64,000 nucleotides of DNA, taken from NCBI GenBank assembly GCA_963769425.1, contig CAVYLP010000004.1, positions 224,001 to 288,000 on the forward strand, given 5' to 3'. Below the pieces are notes generated by a model, which searched no databases, was not told the origin of the DNA, and worked only from the letters and a program-made list of their open reading frames with translations. Every line of letters begins with the position of its first letter. The stretch's first letter is position 1. Shown here in pieces: positions 60,258 through 64,000 of this stretch. A program made the position numbers and the translations under genes. The DNA is from Candidatus Bathyarchaeota archaeon (lineage in GTDB: Archaea; Thermoproteota; Bathyarchaeia; TCS64).

Positions 60258-60795
60258 TTAGCTAGTTCTGTACTGCTCGAATTCTCGCCCTTCTTCCTTG
60301 TACTTGCTCCCCATGTCTGGGCTGACCTTCAATCCCTCTAAGAAGTAATCTATACCTCTACCCATTTTCCCACCTCTTCTTGTGTGCATATCGAGAGCAT
60401 AATCTGGTATCTCTGGCAACTTTACCCCAAACTCTCTGCCAAGCTCGACTGTTGGATATATTATTTTTAGAAGCTCGTCAACCTCCCTGCTCTTTCTTGA
60501 TCTTTGATAGAGCCAAAACTGCGTGAATTCGGAAAAGCCCCCTCTCTTTTGGCATGTTTTGATACTGCTTATTGAGAACATCAATTAGGACGCTCATCTG
60601 GTTATTAGCGACCCCAATATCCTCCGACGCCATCACAATGAGCCTGTTCCATAGCGCCGTTGGTTTGAATGATTCAAGTTCTACCGCCCAAAAAACCGCC
60701 TGCCTATCGTTGCCCCGCCTAATGTCCTTTTGTAGAGCTGACATCAATTCCCAAAAATCGTAGCCATTTTTAGTGATTGCTTTGCCTTCACTCAT
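60258..60795 (-). CDS. Stand-alone RarA/MgsA C-terminal-like protein (frameshift near 60505)
   Basis: LMSALQKDIRRG..AVFWA..LWNRLIVMASEDIG, then SRKSREVD..IPDYALDMHTRRG; no P-loop. Confidence 0.75.
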
Positions 60796-60927
60796 GGAGT
60801 AAAAATCATCTCATCGGTTTTTAAGGCTGAAGCCCCCAAAATTCATTTGTTAAAAACTCTGCCCATTAGGGGGAAATTATCTTTAATGAGGTAAATTTAT
60901 TACAGTAAACTAATGATTTACTAAAAT

Positions 60928-61353
60928 ATGATATACGCCGAACCGTTCACAACAATTACGGGAATAATAGGGATCGGCTTATTGCCAATCGCATTTGTTA
61001 TATACTCCACTTTCAAGACGCCAATTAGTAATTATGTGGATAAGAGTTCAAAAAAATTATTCGAGTCTGATAAATTTAAGCAAATTGTCAACATCAAAAG
61101 CTTGGATCAATTTGACCTTGAGCTAATAAGAACATTTTATGATGATGTCGATAAAATATTTGATGTCAGGGGAGATTTCAGAAGAAGCGTTCTCTATTGC
61201 ATAATGTGCGGCGCACTTCTTACGCTCACATCATTGTTAAATTTAATAGATAATGCCTCGGTGGTTGTTATTCCTCTACTATTATATGGCATCTTCTTTT
61301 TTCTATTATTCCTCTACTATTTGTTTAGAGTGTTGCGTTATATCGCCTTTTAA
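60928..61353 (+). CDS. AT-rich membrane protein
   Basis: Three hydrophobic segments. Confidence 0.55.
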   Translation: MIYAEPFTTITGIIGIGLLPIAFVIYSTFKTPISNYVDKSSKKLFESDKFKQIVNIKSLDQFDLELIRTFYDDVDKIFDVRGDFRRSVLYCIMCGALLTLTSLLNLIDNASVVVIPLLLYGIFFFLLFLYYLFRVLRYIAF

Positions 61354-61435
61354 ATTTGGCACATCTTACTAAATCTTACTGACAACTGAATAAAAATCTT
61401 TATTAACTTTGTACTTATTTATTGTATGGAAAAAA

Positions 61436-61687
61436 ATGAGTGATCCTTTTAAATCAATCAAAAAAATTTTTGTTGAAATAGCTGGTATTTGGGGAATTAT
61501 TGACCTTTTTAACTCACTTCAAACATTAGCTGATTTAAATAAATCTCTATCCTCTGGTCTAATTACTCAAAATGATTACAATAATCAAATAATTCTTCAA
61601 TTCGTGATTTATCCTGCTATTGTATCTATTTTGCTGGTCTCTGCGTGGAATTGGCTAAAGGAAACCCTACACACTAAAAAGAAATAA
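61436..61687 (+). CDS. Small membrane protein
   Basis: Two hydrophobic segments around SSGLITQNDYN. Confidence 0.5.
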   Translation: MSDPFKSIKKIFVEIAGIWGIIDLFNSLQTLADLNKSLSSGLITQNDYNNQIILQFVIYPAIVSILLVSAWNWLKETLHTKKK

Positions 61688-61794
61688 TGAAACTCCACTG
61701 ACCCTCAATCTATACCGGCCCTAGAGTGAGCACTTTCTGTTGTATAGAATGGGTGAATAGGATTAAAAAATGGGAAATTTTGATAATATAATTA

Positions 61795-61913
61795 ACTTTA
61801 TACTTTATACTTTATAGATCACTTTTTCTGAAAAGTTAAAAAAAGATGGAAAATTTGAACTTTATACTTTTTTTACTCAACTATAAAGTATAAACTATAA
61901 ACTATAAAGTTCA
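61795..61913. repeat. 7-bp iteron-like direct and inverted array
   Basis: ACTTTAT x3 (61795-61815) plus a copy at 61859; ATAAAST x4 (61883-61910); 11-bp inverted repeat TGAACTTTATA/TATAAAGTTCA. Confidence 0.8.
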
Positions 61914-63257
61914 TTTCTTGGACTTCCAATCCCTCAACTGCCACATTCCGTAAATGGGTTCGCCTGATGCGTTTGTTGGTTGCTCGAAATAGTTCTTTAG
62001 TGCTAAGTTGAATGTATTTGGGGAGCACTTTATTCGATTGTTGACAACTGAATAGATGTCACTACTGCGCATTGGGCCATTTTTTAGAACCTCCCTTATC
62101 TCCTGTGAAACCGAATGTCTCTTTCTATAAGGAATAGATTCTGCATCTGTTGTTTCATAGGATTTTGGAGGTGTAATGAAGTCGTCAATATTGACCATGT
62201 CTAGTGGGCTGTCAACCAAACTGTAAGCTAAAAGTTCACGAGTGATGTTTCCCTGATCACGCCTATCAACTGTGTCATAAAGGTGTGACTCATGAATTCT
62301 GGCGTATTCTTTGCCTCTATCAACTGACTTATTGTATAGTTCGATTGCCTGAGGTGGGATCACTGTCTCTCTTTTAGGGATCATGTCAAGCAATTTTTTA
62401 TTATATAATCCTAAGAGCCTCAATTTTGGATAGTTCCACTCTATTATGGGGTTCCTCATGTTTTTCTCGTGCTCATCGTCTGTAACATCTAACCGAATGA
62501 ATTTAACGCGAGACAAGAACGCATTTTCTTCAAGGAAATCCATAAGCGATGGTTCGAGTATGTGCGAACAAAATACAAACGTACTGTGGCATTTATAGTA
62601 GATTTTACGCTCATCGAGCTTTAAGCCGTCGTGATCTTCACGCCAAAACTCTAGTTCCGTGTCATCTATCTCGCTGACCTTTAGAATGTCTCTTACGACT
62701 TCATCGCCTTCGAGGAGCTTGTTAAGCACACCAATCTGTTTCTTTATTGCTTGAGCCGACTCCATGAAAGCCAAGAACTCTGTGATATAGACCATTTTAT
62801 AGCCATAGAACGCTGGGGGATGGAAGTGACCATCTTTAGCCAATCCTCCCATGCAAGACTGTATTGAGGTGTCGCTGAGGTTTACTGTGGGATAGCTCCC
62901 TGTTGGAATACAATTCTCGTTAAAGACCCTGATCATGGTATCCTTTAGCATGGCTGGAGGCGAGTAGATGAAAAGGTGCTGTCTGAGCCTAAACTCTGGA
63001 CTTCTTGCTAATGGCTGAGCGTTGCTTAAAATGAAAGCCTTCTCAAGTTCTGGGAAGACCTTCGCGCCTAGGTAACCCGTGGCCTCCTCGCCAATTTGCC
63101 GAGCTAGGTTAATTGGGTCAACCTTTCGAGCCTCGCCCATAGTTTCAAGAGTCGAGGAGCCGGTGCTTAAGGCTTCGCGCGAGGGGAAGGGTTCACTTTG
63201 AACTGGTGTCAAAGCTGTCTGCCTCCTCTTCATTTTTAAGTTGCTCGATGTCTTCAA
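61911..63257 (-). CDS. Divergent MCM-like AAA+ protein with C-terminal wHTH (start may be 63140)
   Basis: HLFIYSPPAMLKDT (Walker A-like), YITEF (Walker B-like), LLEG, FLSR (Arg finger), IREVLKNGPMRSSDIY wHTH. Confidence 0.62.
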   Translation of the reverse strand: MKTSSNLKMKRRQTALTPVQSEPFPSREALSTGSSTLETMGEARKVDPINLARQIGEEATGYLGAKVFPELEKAFILSNAQPLARSPEFRLRQHLFIYSPPAMLKDTMIRVFNENCIPTGSYPTVNLSDTSIQSCMGGLAKDGHFHPPAFYGYKMVYITEFLAFMESAQAIKKQIGVLNKLLEGDEVVRDILKVSEIDDTELEFWREDHDGLKLDERKIYYKCHSTFVFCSHILEPSLMDFLEENAFLSRVKFIRLDVTDDEHEKNMRNPIIEWNYPKLRLLGLYNKKLLDMIPKRETVIPPQAIELYNKSVDRGKEYARIHESHLYDTVDRRDQGNITRELLAYSLVDSPLDMVNIDDFITPPKSYETTDAESIPYRKRHSVSQEIREVLKNGPMRSSDIYSVVNNRIKCSPNTFNLALKNYFEQPTNASGEPIYGMWQLRDWKSKK

Positions 63258-63468
63258 GGGTCAAGATGAATAATTTTGTACCCTCGGGATGTTTTTTGAC
63301 GCATGCAAAATATACATCTGGATACGTCTGGTGGATTGTTCTCTCAATTTCTTTCCATTGCTCGAAGCTGGTTTTAAAAACAACGCCAACAACGGCTGAA
63401 TTTCCTTTATTTTGACTAGAAATTTTTAATCGCTTAAAAACCTCTTCAATTTCATTATTTGTGTCCAT
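63193..63468 (-). CDS. Hypothetical protein of the element
   Basis: About 91-aa ORF directly upstream of the helicase-like gene. Confidence 0.55.
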   Translation of the reverse strand: MDTNNEIEEVFKRLKISSQNKGNSAVVGVVFKTSFEQWKEIERTIHQTYPDVYFACVKKHPEGTKLFILTLEDIEQLKNEEEADSFDTSSK

Positions 63469-64000
63469 TTTTTCACTCTTCCTACTGAATGCTCCCAAGC
63501 AACTAGACCTGAGCCATTTGCGCTTTCACGCTTCGCAGGCCGCTTTCGCTTGCTGGGTTTCTGGAGCCAAGGTATGTCTCCTCGACCTTGGACTATCGTA
63601 GTCAATCGTTGATGGGTTCATCGGGCGAGAGTTGACCCGACACCCTTTCACTCCCATTGTGGCGGCTTGTCGGGTAGAGGATGTTGGCATCATAAAGCCC
63701 TACAAGTCGTTTCCACTGGATTTCTGTTGAGTATAACGGTTGCACATTGGAACCACCTTGGGCGGTGAAATTCCCCAAGGTGTTGAAGTGACGTTTCACC
63801 GATGCGCTAAATTCCAATGCACAACCGATCAAGTCGTTTCGCCTAATGGTGATGAGCCACAAGGTTACGCGACATGACAATGATTTCGGGAGCTGATGAT
63901 GCTCCCACTATATGTTATGCTTTCTATTCCGAGCGTTTTTCTCGTAACTTTAAGATTTTAAAGCCATTTATGCGAGTCTGTTTGGTGTTTTAGCTAAATC

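Larger units (their letters stand above)
57764..64000. mobile_element. Integrated provirus- or plasmid-like element (continues beyond the window)
   Basis: GC drop, integrase at the edge, MCM-like helicase, iteron-like repeats, small orphan ORFs. Confidence 0.75.

Noticed and set aside
63602-63880. 92-aa ORF at the window end
   Set aside because: No motifs and weak coding character; it cannot be supported as a gene.

Overview
A 64-kb archaeal chromosome segment. RadA, CdvB/CdvB-like/CdvC ESCRT genes, e-MtaB, HypD and a POR-type operon point to a TACK archaeon, most likely Bathyarchaeia (inference). The GC-rich backbone carries housekeeping, peptide-catabolic and nucleotide-salvage genes. Three accessory zones interrupt it. 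(1) An island at tRNA-Arg(CCT), bounded by a 16-bp duplication of the tRNA 3' end (23620-23635 / 29773-29788), holds an ABC exporter module, a transposase relic and a broken IS110 preceded by a structured, bridge-RNA-like leader; more lower-GC cargo follows to about 35.7 kb. (2) A very AT-rich HEPN-motif gene sits at 55.6-56.4 kb. (3) An integrated virus- or plasmid-like element starts at about 57.8 kb and runs off the window; it encodes a tyrosine integrase, a stand-alone RarA C-terminal module, a degenerate MCM-like helicase and an adjacent iteron-like repeat. The most interesting core feature is an ESCRT-III/Vps4 operon with no adjacent cdvA, an apparently eroded CdvB winged-helix tail and a tightly linked uncharacterised hydrophobic-hairpin gene. 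Many genes carry short indels that look like long-read consensus errors. All family assignments come from motif recognition by eye; no database searches were run.
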